Below the pieces are notes generated by a model, which worked only from the letters and a program-made list of their open reading frames with translations, made no database searches and was not told where the DNA came from. A program made the translations under genes and the position numbers. Below are positions 1 to 8,191 of a stretch of DNA of 64,000 nt, piece after piece. The number at the start of each line of letters is the position of its first letter. The first letter of the stretch is position 1. The DNA is from Escherichia phage Murica, in sequence record NC_041871.1, one strand, 5' to 3'.

Positions 1-41
1 ATACAAACCCTTATAGTACAGATATTTAAGTTTTTACTGGT

Positions 42-392
42 CTAACCAGTTGTTGACATTCGAATAACTTCTTCTGGTGGCAAAACTTTGGAAAATGTGC
101 ATCTTTTACCTCTCCCTTGTGTGGATGTTTCAACCACTCCTGCACATTCTAAAGTTTTAACGCACGCTGCTGCTTTTGTTTTCTTTATCCCAACATCTGC
201 TGCAATTTTCCTTGTGCTTGGTGTGAAGCGGGAATTTCCTCCAAGCTTATACCAGTTGTGCAGGTAGCAGTATACAATCTTGTCATACAAGTCAAGAACA
301 ACAACCTCCCCAGTTGTGTCATTCAAAACTTTTGACATAGATAGTATTTCAAGGGGGACTTTAAGATATAGCAGCTTATCCCCATCTTTCAT
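42..392 (-). CDS. hypothetical protein
   Basis: 116-aa ORF co-directional with the downstream kinase/phosphatase genes; no recognisable motif. Confidence 0.4.
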   Translation of the reverse strand: MKDGDKLLYLKVPLEILSMSKVLNDTTGEVVVLDLYDKIVYCYLHNWYKLGGNSRFTPSTRKIAADVGIKKTKAAACVKTLECAGVVETSTQGRGKRCTFSKVLPPEEVIRMSTTG

Positions 393-439
393 ATCTCCTG
401 ATTCTCCTTGTGTGGCAATTTTCTTTAAAATAGCAGGGA

Positions 440-994
440 TTACTCCCTGCTGTCAATATCAAAACTCATTGCAATACGGTATGCCTCTTCTAATGGTAAG
501 AGTCTCCCCCACACATCCCAACCGACATCAAGCTGCCTGCCAAACAACTGTTGTGTGGTTCCGTGAGCATGACCGAACAGTTGGACTGATCCGTGAGGCT
601 TTCTGTTCCACTTTGCAAACTGGTAATGGCTCATACAGATCAAATTCTTGTTGTGGCGAAGCTCGTAATAATCTACAACCTCATGACCGAACTCTTTCAT
701 AATTCTGACAGTCGTCCTTGTGTCATGGTTGCCACGAACAAGAATAATATGTCCGTTCAACATATTTAGAATATCTGGAAGTAAGTTGTTGATATTCTTA
801 TCATTAGTGCACGCAATATCTCCCAGGTGGAACACAGTGTCTGCAGGTGACACAACGGAGTTCCACTCGGTGATGATTCCCGCATTCATACTGTCAAGAT
901 TGTGATCATATTGAGATCTGTGTTTTTGACATGAATCAAACTCCATGACCCGCTGGTGGAGAAAGTGCGTATCGCTTGTTACAAAGTATTTCAT
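440..994 (-). CDS. metallophosphoesterase (calcineurin/lambda-phosphatase-like)
   Basis: Ordered motifs SDTHF, HLGDIA, RGNHDT, GHAHG; start placed at in-frame ATG 992-994 (MKYF), a few nt after the kinase stop, instead of ORF-track start 1099. Confidence 0.8.
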   Translation of the reverse strand: MKYFVTSDTHFLHQRVMEFDSCQKHRSQYDHNLDSMNAGIITEWNSVVSPADTVFHLGDIACTNDKNINNLLPDILNMLNGHIILVRGNHDTRTTVRIMKEFGHEVVDYYELRHNKNLICMSHYQFAKWNRKPHGSVQLFGHAHGTTQQLFGRQLDVGWDVWGRLLPLEEAYRIAMSFDIDSRE

Positions 995-1001
995 ACATTC
1001 C

Positions 1002-1412
1002 TCATTTAAGTTTAATGCAGTTTTTAAGCTGGCGTTCCATACGATCCACAACCTTGTCTGGAACATCATGAATGCTTTTATTACCGTGGCGGTTTTCAAC
1101 CACGATTACGGTATAACTATACCCATGACTGATTGCCATGTCAACATATTCCTGCACATGTTTTTCTTTTGTAAACGTATTACTTACCACGATACGGTCG
1201 TATCCCATACGCATCATATCTTCTACGTTATCTTTGCACCATTTTGCTGCGAGTGTTACTTTACTTGCATCCCAGTTGTAATTGCCGTCATCGTCATACC
1301 AAAACATGTCATTCTCAAAATGTGGATACAGACCTTCTAAAGATAGCGCATTTGCCAGTGTTGATTTGCCAGACCCTGGCAGACCACGCACGATATATAG
1401 CATTTTAGACAT
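1002..1412 (-). CDS. P-loop kinase (polynucleotide-kinase-like)
   Basis: Walker A GLPGSGKST near the N-terminus; start ATG 1410-1412 preceded by GGAGG; ORF-track start 1469 lacks an RBS. Confidence 0.65.
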   Translation of the reverse strand: MSKMLYIVRGLPGSGKSTLANALSLEGLYPHFENDMFWYDDDGNYNWDASKVTLAAKWCKDNVEDMMRMGYDRIVVSNTFTKEKHVQEYVDMAISHGYSYTVIVVENRHGNKSIHDVPDKVVDRMERQLKNCIKLK

Positions 1413-1440
1413 AGCAATCCTCCGTTTTAATTTTAATGAT

Positions 1441-1469
1441 AGTATACCTAACTGTTTTGTTAATTTCAA
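1441..1469 (-). promoter_or_regulatory. sigma70-type promoter TTGAAA-17-TATACT for the kinase/phosphatase operon
   Basis: -35 and -10 hexamers with 17-nt spacer read on the minus strand, about 30 nt upstream of the kinase start; divergent from the RNA ligase gene. Confidence 0.55.
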
Positions 1470-1512
1470 GTGTTGACACTAGGTTATTTGTGTGGCAGGA
1501 TAGACTGACAAA

Positions 1513-2448
1513 ATGACAAATGAGGAACGTATGATGAAGTATTTTAATGCAGATGACCTAGTAGACAAAGGTCTTGTAACCAGTCGGTATTATCCAGATC
1601 TTGGATTAAAGATCTATAAATATGCCAGAAAAGTATTCTACAACGATCTGTGGCATTTGTCTCCGCGTTTACTGGAGTGCCGAGGTATTGTTGTTGGCAA
1701 TGAGGGGAATGTTGTGGCATGGCCTTTCACAAAAGTATTCAACTTAGGAGAAAACTCCACCAACCTACCGGACAGTAAACTTGTTACTGCGGTAGAGAAA
1801 AAGAACGGATTCCTCGGTGTGGTATCATCTCATAAAGGTGAACTATTGTTCTCAACAACCGGGTCTCTTGATTCCCCATATTGTAACCTCGCAAAAGAAA
1901 CCATCAGGGAGCAATGTGGTAATTTAGATCTTATCAAGAAGGTTATGGGCAATGAAAACATGACATTCATGTTTGAAATTTGCCACCCTTCAGATCCGCA
2001 TATTGTTCAGGAAGATCATGGCGCATATTTGATAGGTTGCAGATATAATGATTCTGGAATAATGCTACCAGAAGCAGCTTTAGATGGGATTGCCAAATAC
2101 CTTGGTGCAAAACGTCCTCACACTGTGCGTGAAATTCCGTTCAGCTATGCAAAAGAATTAGCTGCAGAAACAAGAGGTGAAGGGTATATGATTCGTAAGC
2201 CTTACTACCCTTATGATCTGCAGCTGAAGATCAAGTCTCCATACTATCTGGCACGGAAGGCAGTAATGAGGGGTAAAGCTTGGAAGATTTGGGATGATGA
2301 TATCTTTAAACGTGTTGACGAAGAGTTTTACGGTATGGTAAAATTTATTCGTAGCAACTATACAGAAGATGTGTGGAATTGCTTATTAGAGCAGGAGCGT
2401 CGTGAGATACTGGACTACTATTTCCACAACGAGGACTATATGCAATGA
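1513..2448 (+). CDS. RNA ligase, Rnl1 (T4 RnlA-like) family
   Basis: Blocks LECRGIVV and KVFNLGEN resemble T4 RnlA as recalled from memory; candidate motif I VEKKNGF (KxNG); alternative start ATG 1531 has a GAGGA RBS. Confidence 0.65.
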   Translation: MTNEERMMKYFNADDLVDKGLVTSRYYPDLGLKIYKYARKVFYNDLWHLSPRLLECRGIVVGNEGNVVAWPFTKVFNLGENSTNLPDSKLVTAVEKKNGFLGVVSSHKGELLFSTTGSLDSPYCNLAKETIREQCGNLDLIKKVMGNENMTFMFEICHPSDPHIVQEDHGAYLIGCRYNDSGIMLPEAALDGIAKYLGAKRPHTVREIPFSYAKELAAETRGEGYMIRKPYYPYDLQLKIKSPYYLARKAVMRGKAWKIWDDDIFKRVDEEFYGMVKFIRSNYTEDVWNCLLEQERREILDYYFHNEDYMQ

Positions 2449-2795
2449 AGAAGTGGATTGTGTGGCTGGATGATTTGAGAGATCCGTCAAATTATGGACT
2501 CCCAGACGCTATTTGGCTGAAGAATTCCTCAGAGTTTATGGATTTTATTAACGATAAGGGAAAGCTCTACAGACGCGTTTCTGAGTGGCATATGGACAAC
2601 GACCTAGGAGAAGTATTCGAAGGATACGATTGCCTATCCATGTTGGAGGAAAAATTTGTATTCGGTAAGCCTCCAGTGATTGACAACGTGAAGATTTTCG
2701 TACATACTTCTAATCCATCGGCAGCTCGTAAATTTATGCTTGCTGCTGACTCATTCAAGAAGTTTGGAATAGAGATTAAACAAAACATCTACTGA
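2445..2795 (+). CDS. hypothetical protein
   Basis: 116-aa ORF overlapping the ligase stop (ATGA); hydrophobic N-terminal strand WIVWLDD; family not identified. Confidence 0.5.
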   Translation: MKKWIVWLDDLRDPSNYGLPDAIWLKNSSEFMDFINDKGKLYRRVSEWHMDNDLGEVFEGYDCLSMLEEKFVFGKPPVIDNVKIFVHTSNPSAARKFMLAADSFKKFGIEIKQNIY

Positions 2796-2803
2796 GGACA
2801 CTT

Positions 2804-3565
2804 ATGCGACGACTGATTATTATCTCCGGTGCTGGTTTGAGCGCTGAATCTGGTATTCCCACTTTCCGATCTGGTAGCACTGCAATGTGGGAGAATTTCA
2901 GCATCGATGAGGTGTGCAACATCCACACCTTTGCCAAGAACTACTATAAGGTGCATGACTTTTACAATGCACGTCGTGTAGCTCTGGGCAGTGTTGATCC
3001 TAACCTTGCACATCTTCGGATCGCTGAGTGGTATTCCCGCTGGTCTGGTCGTGTGATCAACCTTACCACCAATGTAGATGATTTGCTGGAGCGTGCTGGT
3101 GTAAAACATGAAGATATTTTACATGTCCACGGGTATTTGCCTGAAATCACCTACGAAGATGCTGAAGGTAACGATGTAATTAAAAATATCGGATACACGG
3201 AGGTAGATACAGGCAAGTATACCTGGGTTAAGCCTAATGTAGTGTTCTTCGGTGAGGTTGCTCCTAAGTATACAGACATGTATGACCTGTTGACATCTCT
3301 CACAAGCAATGATATGGTGATCCTGGTGGGTTGTTCTAACACAGTTATTAATTTTAACTGGGAATTGTTTCCTGCTACTTGTAAAGGCACAAAACTGCTG
3401 ATTGTAAACAAGTATGACTCGCAGAGTGCAGATGGAAGTGGCATTTCACGTAGCGACCTTTATCAATATGAGGATCGCGGGATCCCTGTATGGTTTAACG
3501 GTGCTGTTGACGCTTTCTCTGATAAAGCATTTATTGAAACTGTAGAAAACTTTATGGAACTTTAA
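2804..3565 (+). CDS. Sir2-family NAD-dependent deacylase/ADP-ribosyltransferase (sirtuin)
   Basis: Sirtuin motifs GAGLSAESGIPTFR, TTNVDDL..HVHG (catalytic His), VFFGE, VGCS, N-x-D; no CxxC zinc module seen. Confidence 0.8.
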   Translation: MRRLIIISGAGLSAESGIPTFRSGSTAMWENFSIDEVCNIHTFAKNYYKVHDFYNARRVALGSVDPNLAHLRIAEWYSRWSGRVINLTTNVDDLLERAGVKHEDILHVHGYLPEITYEDAEGNDVIKNIGYTEVDTGKYTWVKPNVVFFGEVAPKYTDMYDLLTSLTSNDMVILVGCSNTVINFNWELFPATCKGTKLLIVNKYDSQSADGSGISRSDLYQYEDRGIPVWFNGAVDAFSDKAFIETVENFMEL

Positions 3566-3578
3566 AAGGAGACCTTTA

Positions 3579-4292
3579 ATGCTGAATACTAAACTGATCG
3601 ACAACCTGGAAAAACTGTCTCAGCCTGAAAACTACCTTTGGTCTGCCAACTGGGTGGAAAACTGGAACCGTGTGGCAGCTAAAGTGAAAAAATCATACAC
3701 ACCATTCGAATTACAGCTTAGCTTCATTGAGGAAGAGTTCAATGAGGTTTTGGAAGAGCTGGAGAAAGGTGATGGTGGAGATCACCTGTTAAAAGAGGCC
3801 TGCGATCTTCACGTTGTCACAAGTTATGCCGCCTATCTTGTTAATGACAATCACGAAAAGTGGTCAAACCTGTTTGATAATCCACGAGGTCTTAAGTTCA
3901 AGATCGGTGAGTTCTATGATACACTGATCGCTGCGAAAAACACATCCAAGCAAAGAGCGTCAGCTTACCGCTTAGCGGAGTTGTCAACAGCTTTGCTGTT
4001 CCAGCTTCGCGGCGATGTGTGTGGGATGATGCGGAAGGTTCTCAAATCTAATGACAGTAAGTTTGCACGGATCAACCATCTACGGCATTCACACGGTGCC
4101 AGTGCAGATATGCCTGCTGAACAACTCATCGAGTTGGAGATTAAAGATCTTGAGCGTCGTTTTGGTGGTCGCTACGAAGGTTTTGTTGCTAAGGAAGAGT
4201 TCTACAACGGTAATAAAGTTATCATATTCCTTGACAGTAAAGGTAAGATCATGAAGCCTTCGAGCTTCAAGGATGTAACAGAGTATATTTGA
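3579..4292 (+). CDS. MazG-like nucleotide pyrophosphohydrolase domain protein
   Basis: N-terminal EExxE...ExxD pattern (FIEEEFNEVLEEL ... KEACD) typical of MazG/HisE all-alpha NTP pyrophosphatases; C-terminal half unassigned. Confidence 0.45.
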   Translation: MLNTKLIDNLEKLSQPENYLWSANWVENWNRVAAKVKKSYTPFELQLSFIEEEFNEVLEELEKGDGGDHLLKEACDLHVVTSYAAYLVNDNHEKWSNLFDNPRGLKFKIGEFYDTLIAAKNTSKQRASAYRLAELSTALLFQLRGDVCGMMRKVLKSNDSKFARINHLRHSHGASADMPAEQLIELEIKDLERRFGGRYEGFVAKEEFYNGNKVIIFLDSKGKIMKPSSFKDVTEYI

Positions 4293-4298
4293 CAACAT

Positions 4299-4327
4299 AG
4301 CCGGGTAATCCCGGCTTTACTTATTAT
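4299..4327 (+). terminator. intrinsic terminator
   Basis: Hairpin AGCCGGG-taat-CCCGGCT followed by TTTACTTATTAT directly after the 3579-4292 stop. Confidence 0.6.
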
Positions 4328-4354
4328 GGAAAGTATGCAGCGAGGTAGTTAGTT

Positions 4355-4663
4355 ATGTACAAGCATTCCAGAGATCTTGAAAAAGATGCTGTGTTTGGCG
4401 ACCAGATGAAGGAGCTGATCAAACTTATAGGTAGAATGGAAGATAAGTTTGACACTAAAATCTACATCGATAGCAAGATCTTCAACCACAAAATATGGAC
4501 AAATGTGTGTGTTGGGCTACATGGTGATAAAGATATTGTAAATTTGGTTGTAATAAAGTTCATAGTGTGGCAGAATAAGACTATACGTTATTCCGATCCA
4601 CACTTACTTGTTTATCCTATAAAAGACCTACTACAGAAGGAGGACTGCAATGCCGTTATTTAA
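4355..4663 (+). CDS. hypothetical protein
   Basis: 102-aa ORF in co-directional array. Confidence 0.4.
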   Translation: MYKHSRDLEKDAVFGDQMKELIKLIGRMEDKFDTKIYIDSKIFNHKIWTNVCVGLHGDKDIVNLVVIKFIVWQNKTIRYSDPHLLVYPIKDLLQKEDCNAVI

Positions 4664-4919
4664 TCTTGCTAAACCTGTAGAAGCCCACCAGTTTGACGGA
4701 AGCTCTTCATCAGTATCTGATCTGCAACGGTGGATTGATACAGGTGTGTTTACATCGTCACCTGTTCGGACCAGAGATCTTCGTCGCATGTGTGAGCTTG
4801 TCGAGCCTTTTGGTAACCTTGTCTTGTACCAGGGAGATTGGCTAGTTGACTTTATGGGAGACTGGTTGGTAATGAGTAAAGAAGAGATGTTTAAAATTTT
4901 TAAGGAAGAGGCCGAGTAA
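4650..4919 (+). CDS. hypothetical protein
   Basis: 89-aa ORF; start overlaps the upstream gene end, stop overlaps the ligase start. Confidence 0.4.
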   Translation: MPLFNLAKPVEAHQFDGSSSSVSDLQRWIDTGVFTSSPVRTRDLRRMCELVEPFGNLVLYQGDWLVDFMGDWLVMSKEEMFKIFKEEAE

Positions 4920-6202
4920 TGCATCAAATCAAAACAACACTGTACGCACTGAACAAAGATGGCAGCTACCAACAGTGGAAAGTATTCACTGATGGCGAAA
5001 AGGTTATCGTAGAGTTTGGCAAGCTTGACGGTAAATTGCAGTACAAAGAGACGGTATGCACACCTAAGAACGTAGGTCGTGCCAATGAGACTACAGCTGA
5101 GCAACAGGCCGAGCTTGAGGCTATCAGCAAGTGGGAAAAACAAGTCCGTCTGGGGTATGTTGAAAACATGGAAGATTGCGAGCAGGGTGTTGACCTTTTA
5201 CCCATGCTGGTGCATGACTACCTGAAGCGTGGCAAGGCACTTAAATTACCTTGCTGGATCTTGCGTAAGTTAGATGGCCTTCGTCTGCTTGTTGTTTTCC
5301 AAAATGGTGAGCCTAAATTTATTTCCCGTGGTAATAAGTCCTACCCTATTCAAGGAAAGCTTTTAGAGCAACTTCGTTCTTTCCATTCTACCACTGGGAT
5401 TAAACAACTTGATGGGGAACTATACATTCATGGTCTTCCTTTGCAGAAAATAGTGTCTCTTGCTAAACGGTGGCGCACACAGGAAGAGATTCAGGCCGAG
5501 ATCGATAAAGACTATGAGGCAGATAAAAAACGCCGTCATGCCGCAATTAAGGCAGGCTTATCAACATACAAAAACTTCAACAAGGTAGATATTCCTGTCG
5601 ATGTTGAGCCTGTTCGTGATGATTTGCGTTACGGTGGGTACTGTAGCTACGATCTGGAGTATCACATTTTTGATATTCCTAGCGACAAGGTGTGGTGGGA
5701 TCCAGAAACAGAGTCTGGACGCTGCAAGGATCTTATGGATGCAGAGGATACCGTTACCACTCTGATGCTTGATCATATCAAGGTTGTTGACGCAGAGCTT
5801 GCGTACACAGTTGATCATTGCGAAGAATCTGTTGGTATATTCATGTCCGAAGGATATGAAGGTACTATCATGCGTAATTTCTGCGGTAAATACGAGTACG
5901 GTCAGCGAACATCTGAAGCATTGAAATGGAAAAAGTTCAACGACGCAGAGGTGAAAGTTATTGACGTTGAGAAAGATAAGAATGATGAAGGTGTTCTTAT
6001 CTGTGTTGACAAGGAAGGTGTTGTTGTTAAAATGAAGATGAAAGGCACGCACGAGGAGCGTAGCTATGACAGGATGCAGGAAATGATCGGCAAGTTTGTC
6101 ACCTTCAAATACCAAGCAAGGACAGAAGACAACAACTACCAATTCCCTGTCGGTATCTGCGTCCGAAATGTTAACCCAGACACTTGGGAGGTGCTTGAAT
6201 GA
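4919..6202 (+). CDS. DNA ligase
   Basis: Nucleotidyltransferase motif I KLDGLR with the adenylated Lys near residue 118; motif IV EGYEGTIMR and motif V LKWKK; cofactor not resolved. Confidence 0.8.
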   Translation: MHQIKTTLYALNKDGSYQQWKVFTDGEKVIVEFGKLDGKLQYKETVCTPKNVGRANETTAEQQAELEAISKWEKQVRLGYVENMEDCEQGVDLLPMLVHDYLKRGKALKLPCWILRKLDGLRLLVVFQNGEPKFISRGNKSYPIQGKLLEQLRSFHSTTGIKQLDGELYIHGLPLQKIVSLAKRWRTQEEIQAEIDKDYEADKKRRHAAIKAGLSTYKNFNKVDIPVDVEPVRDDLRYGGYCSYDLEYHIFDIPSDKVWWDPETESGRCKDLMDAEDTVTTLMLDHIKVVDAELAYTVDHCEESVGIFMSEGYEGTIMRNFCGKYEYGQRTSEALKWKKFNDAEVKVIDVEKDKNDEGVLICVDKEGVVVKMKMKGTHEERSYDRMQEMIGKFVTFKYQARTEDNNYQFPVGICVRNVNPDTWEVLE

Positions 6203-6325
6203 TGTAGGAAGGTTCAGTAGGTAACGGTAGCCAATTGAATGATGGTTTTCAATCGGCACATACATAACCACACTGTGTAGTGTTGTTGATCGTGTTAGTT
6301 ATGAGTAAACTGGAGAGTATGAAAA

Positions 6326-6796
6326 ATGAAACTTGATAAAAATGTTCAACGAAAAGCTTTCTTGGATATGATCGCATATTCGGAAGGCACAGATAATGGT
6401 AGGCAACCCACTAAGGATCGTGGATACGATGTCATAGTTGGTGGCAAGCTGTTTAGCGATTACAGCAAGCATCCAGGTGTGTACGTTAAGCTAAATGCTA
6501 AACTTACCTCCTCCGCTGCTGGTCGTTACCAGGTTTTGGAGAAGTTTGCTAAACACTACATGGAACAGTTAGGATTGCCAGATTTTGGCCCTGCCAGTCA
6601 GGACAAGATTGCGTTGCAACTGATCCGTGAGTGCAAGGCTCTCGCCGACATTGACGAAGGGCGTATCCACGAGGCTATCCATAAATGCCGTTCCCGCTGG
6701 GCTTCGTTACCTGGTGCTGGATATGGTCAGCATGAACAGAAGATCGAGAAGTTGATCGAGGTGTTTAAAAAGGCAGGCGGTGTTGTCCTTGATTGA
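6326..6796 (+). CDS. endolysin, lambda R-type lytic transglycosylase
   Basis: Near full-length similarity to lambda R as recalled (QRKAFLDM.AySEGTDNGRQ, GYDVIVGG.LF.DYS.HP, GAGRYQ, WASLPGAGYGQ). Confidence 0.9.
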   Translation: MKLDKNVQRKAFLDMIAYSEGTDNGRQPTKDRGYDVIVGGKLFSDYSKHPGVYVKLNAKLTSSAAGRYQVLEKFAKHYMEQLGLPDFGPASQDKIALQLIRECKALADIDEGRIHEAIHKCRSRWASLPGAGYGQHEQKIEKLIEVFKKAGGVVLD

Positions 6797-6799
6797 TCA

Positions 6800-6828
6800 T
6801 TGACATAACCACACGGACGTGGTATTGT
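6800..6828 (+). promoter_or_regulatory. sigma70-type promoter TTGACA-17-TATTGT
   Basis: Consensus -35 with 17-nt spacer upstream of ORF 6860; spacer contains short dyad CCAC-N6-GTGG. Confidence 0.5.
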
Positions 6829-6859
6829 TACCTCATAAAATGTTTAGGAGGGCTTAACC

Positions 6860-7066
6860 ATGAAAGATTTTCTGTTGGCAATTTTGTTCATGGCAGCATG
6901 TCTGGCCTGTGGTGTCGTGTTTGCAGGTGAAACAGCGTATCTTGTCGATGTATATCGGGACAATGGTAAACGTATTTGCCTTTATGAGACAAGTCAAGGT
7001 GAGCTCTACGAGCTTGTGAAACAAGGCGAGGCTGGATCTTGTCCTCGCACCCATTTCTTTGAATGA
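6860..7066 (+). CDS. small secreted protein, possible lipoprotein
   Basis: 68 aa; hydrophobic N-terminus LLAILFMAACLAC with lipobox-like MAAC; directly downstream of the endolysin. Confidence 0.4.
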   Translation: MKDFLLAILFMAACLACGVVFAGETAYLVDVYRDNGKRICLYETSQGELYELVKQGEAGSCPRTHFFE

Positions 7067-7075
7067 GGAGAATAC

Positions 7076-7540
7076 GTGGAAGACGGACGTTTAATGAAGT
7101 CTGAACGCAGGCTTATTGTGCAACTGATCCCAGAAACAGCTTGGTATAATAACCTCCGAAACGCTGTGAAGAAGAGTGAGTGGGATAAGATCCGTAAGAA
7201 GTGCTACAGAGAAGCCAACTACACTTGCGAGGTGTGCGGAGGTAAAGGCAGCAAACATCCAGTTGAGTGTCATGAACTTTACACTTTCGAAGAAGGAGTG
7301 ATCCGGCTTGTCGGACTGATAGCGTTGTGCCCAGATTGTCACACATCGGTGCATCCTGGGTTAGCAAATATCCGTGGAAAGTATGCTCAGGCAGTTAATC
7401 AGTTGGCTAAGGTGAATAAGATCACCAAGGGTATGGCAGAGGCGTATTACCGAGACTGCTTTGCAGAGTGGCGTGAGCTTAGTAAAGTTCCAGAATGGAA
7501 GACTGACTTTTCGTGGATAGAGGGTTACCTTGATGGCTAA
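7076..7540 (+). CDS. zinc-binding protein, possibly HNH-like
   Basis: CEVCGG...HPVECH...LCPDCH cysteine/histidine cluster. Confidence 0.35.
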   Translation: MEDGRLMKSERRLIVQLIPETAWYNNLRNAVKKSEWDKIRKKCYREANYTCEVCGGKGSKHPVECHELYTFEEGVIRLVGLIALCPDCHTSVHPGLANIRGKYAQAVNQLAKVNKITKGMAEAYYRDCFAEWRELSKVPEWKTDFSWIEGYLDG

Positions 7541-7823
7541 GAAACCTGTAAAAGAGAAATTTGATAAGACAGCTTTTGTATTCGATACACCTTTGGACGA
7601 TATCATCAGAGGTATGCAAGCCTTGTATCGGAAGTCTGAATCTGAGCAGCTGTCGGAATCAGAGCTTTACTGGTTAGGTTGGTGGGAGCTTAATCTACCT
7701 AAAGCTGAAAGCTCTGATCTAAAAACCGTTAAAACGTGTGCCCAAGAAAATGCTGCACTTGGAATTTACCACAAAAGAAAAAGATCAACAAAAAGCTCTC
7801 CAAGAAAGACTAAAAAGTCTTGA
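7530..7823 (+). CDS. hypothetical protein
   Basis: 97-aa ORF with basic C-terminus. Confidence 0.35.
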   Translation: MMAKKPVKEKFDKTAFVFDTPLDDIIRGMQALYRKSESEQLSESELYWLGWWELNLPKAESSDLKTVKTCAQENAALGIYHKRKRSTKSSPRKTKKS

Positions 7824-7849
7824 CAAATGAGTCTCTGATCTGATATTAT
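7820..7849 (+). promoter_or_regulatory. sigma70-type promoter TTGACA-18-TATTAT
   Basis: Consensus hexamers; followed by dyad AGTTAA-N7-TTAACT and a GGAGAA RBS before ATG 7883. Confidence 0.6.
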
Positions 7850-7882
7850 CAGTTAACTATTTATTAACTAGGAGAACTAGGT

Positions 7883-8191
7883 ATGCTTAAAATTTTTATT
7901 GTTGAAGATAAAGATATCGTCCAGTTGTATGCAAACGAGAATCACAAAGGTATGATTCTGAAGAAGGCAAAAAACCTTCATGAAAACACAATTCAACCGG
8001 GTGATGTAATTAAGATCTGTGGTTATATGATACCAGACTCCTTGATGAAAATAACCCACCACTGGGGGTCTAATCCGTTCCTTTTTGAAAAGTATTGGGA
8101 TGTTGAGTCACTTATTGCAGAGAGTGATGATGCATTTCATTACAGCATCCAACCATCTTGCAGAATAACTAACAGGAGGGGCTTTGAGTAG
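7883..8191 (+). CDS. hypothetical protein
   Basis: 102-aa ORF downstream of a consensus promoter. Confidence 0.45.
   Translation: MLKIFIVEDKDIVQLYANENHKGMILKKAKNLHENTIQPGDVIKICGYMIPDSLMKITHHWGSNPFLFEKYWDVESLIAESDDAFHYSIQPSCRITNRRGFE

Noticed and set aside
1473-1506. Plus-strand promoter for the RNA ligase using TTGACA at 1473
   Set aside because: The only good -10 candidate (TAGACT) is 22 nt downstream, which is too far; a promoter must exist in this divergent region but its elements could not be placed confidently
280-6271. Antisense ORFs listed in the track (e.g. 280-702 plus, 945-1340 plus, 2567-3444 minus, 4631-5205 minus, 5561-6271 minus)
   Set aside because: Each lies opposite a gene with strong motif support, lacks an RBS and has low-complexity or Cys/Leu-biased translation typical of shadow ORFs
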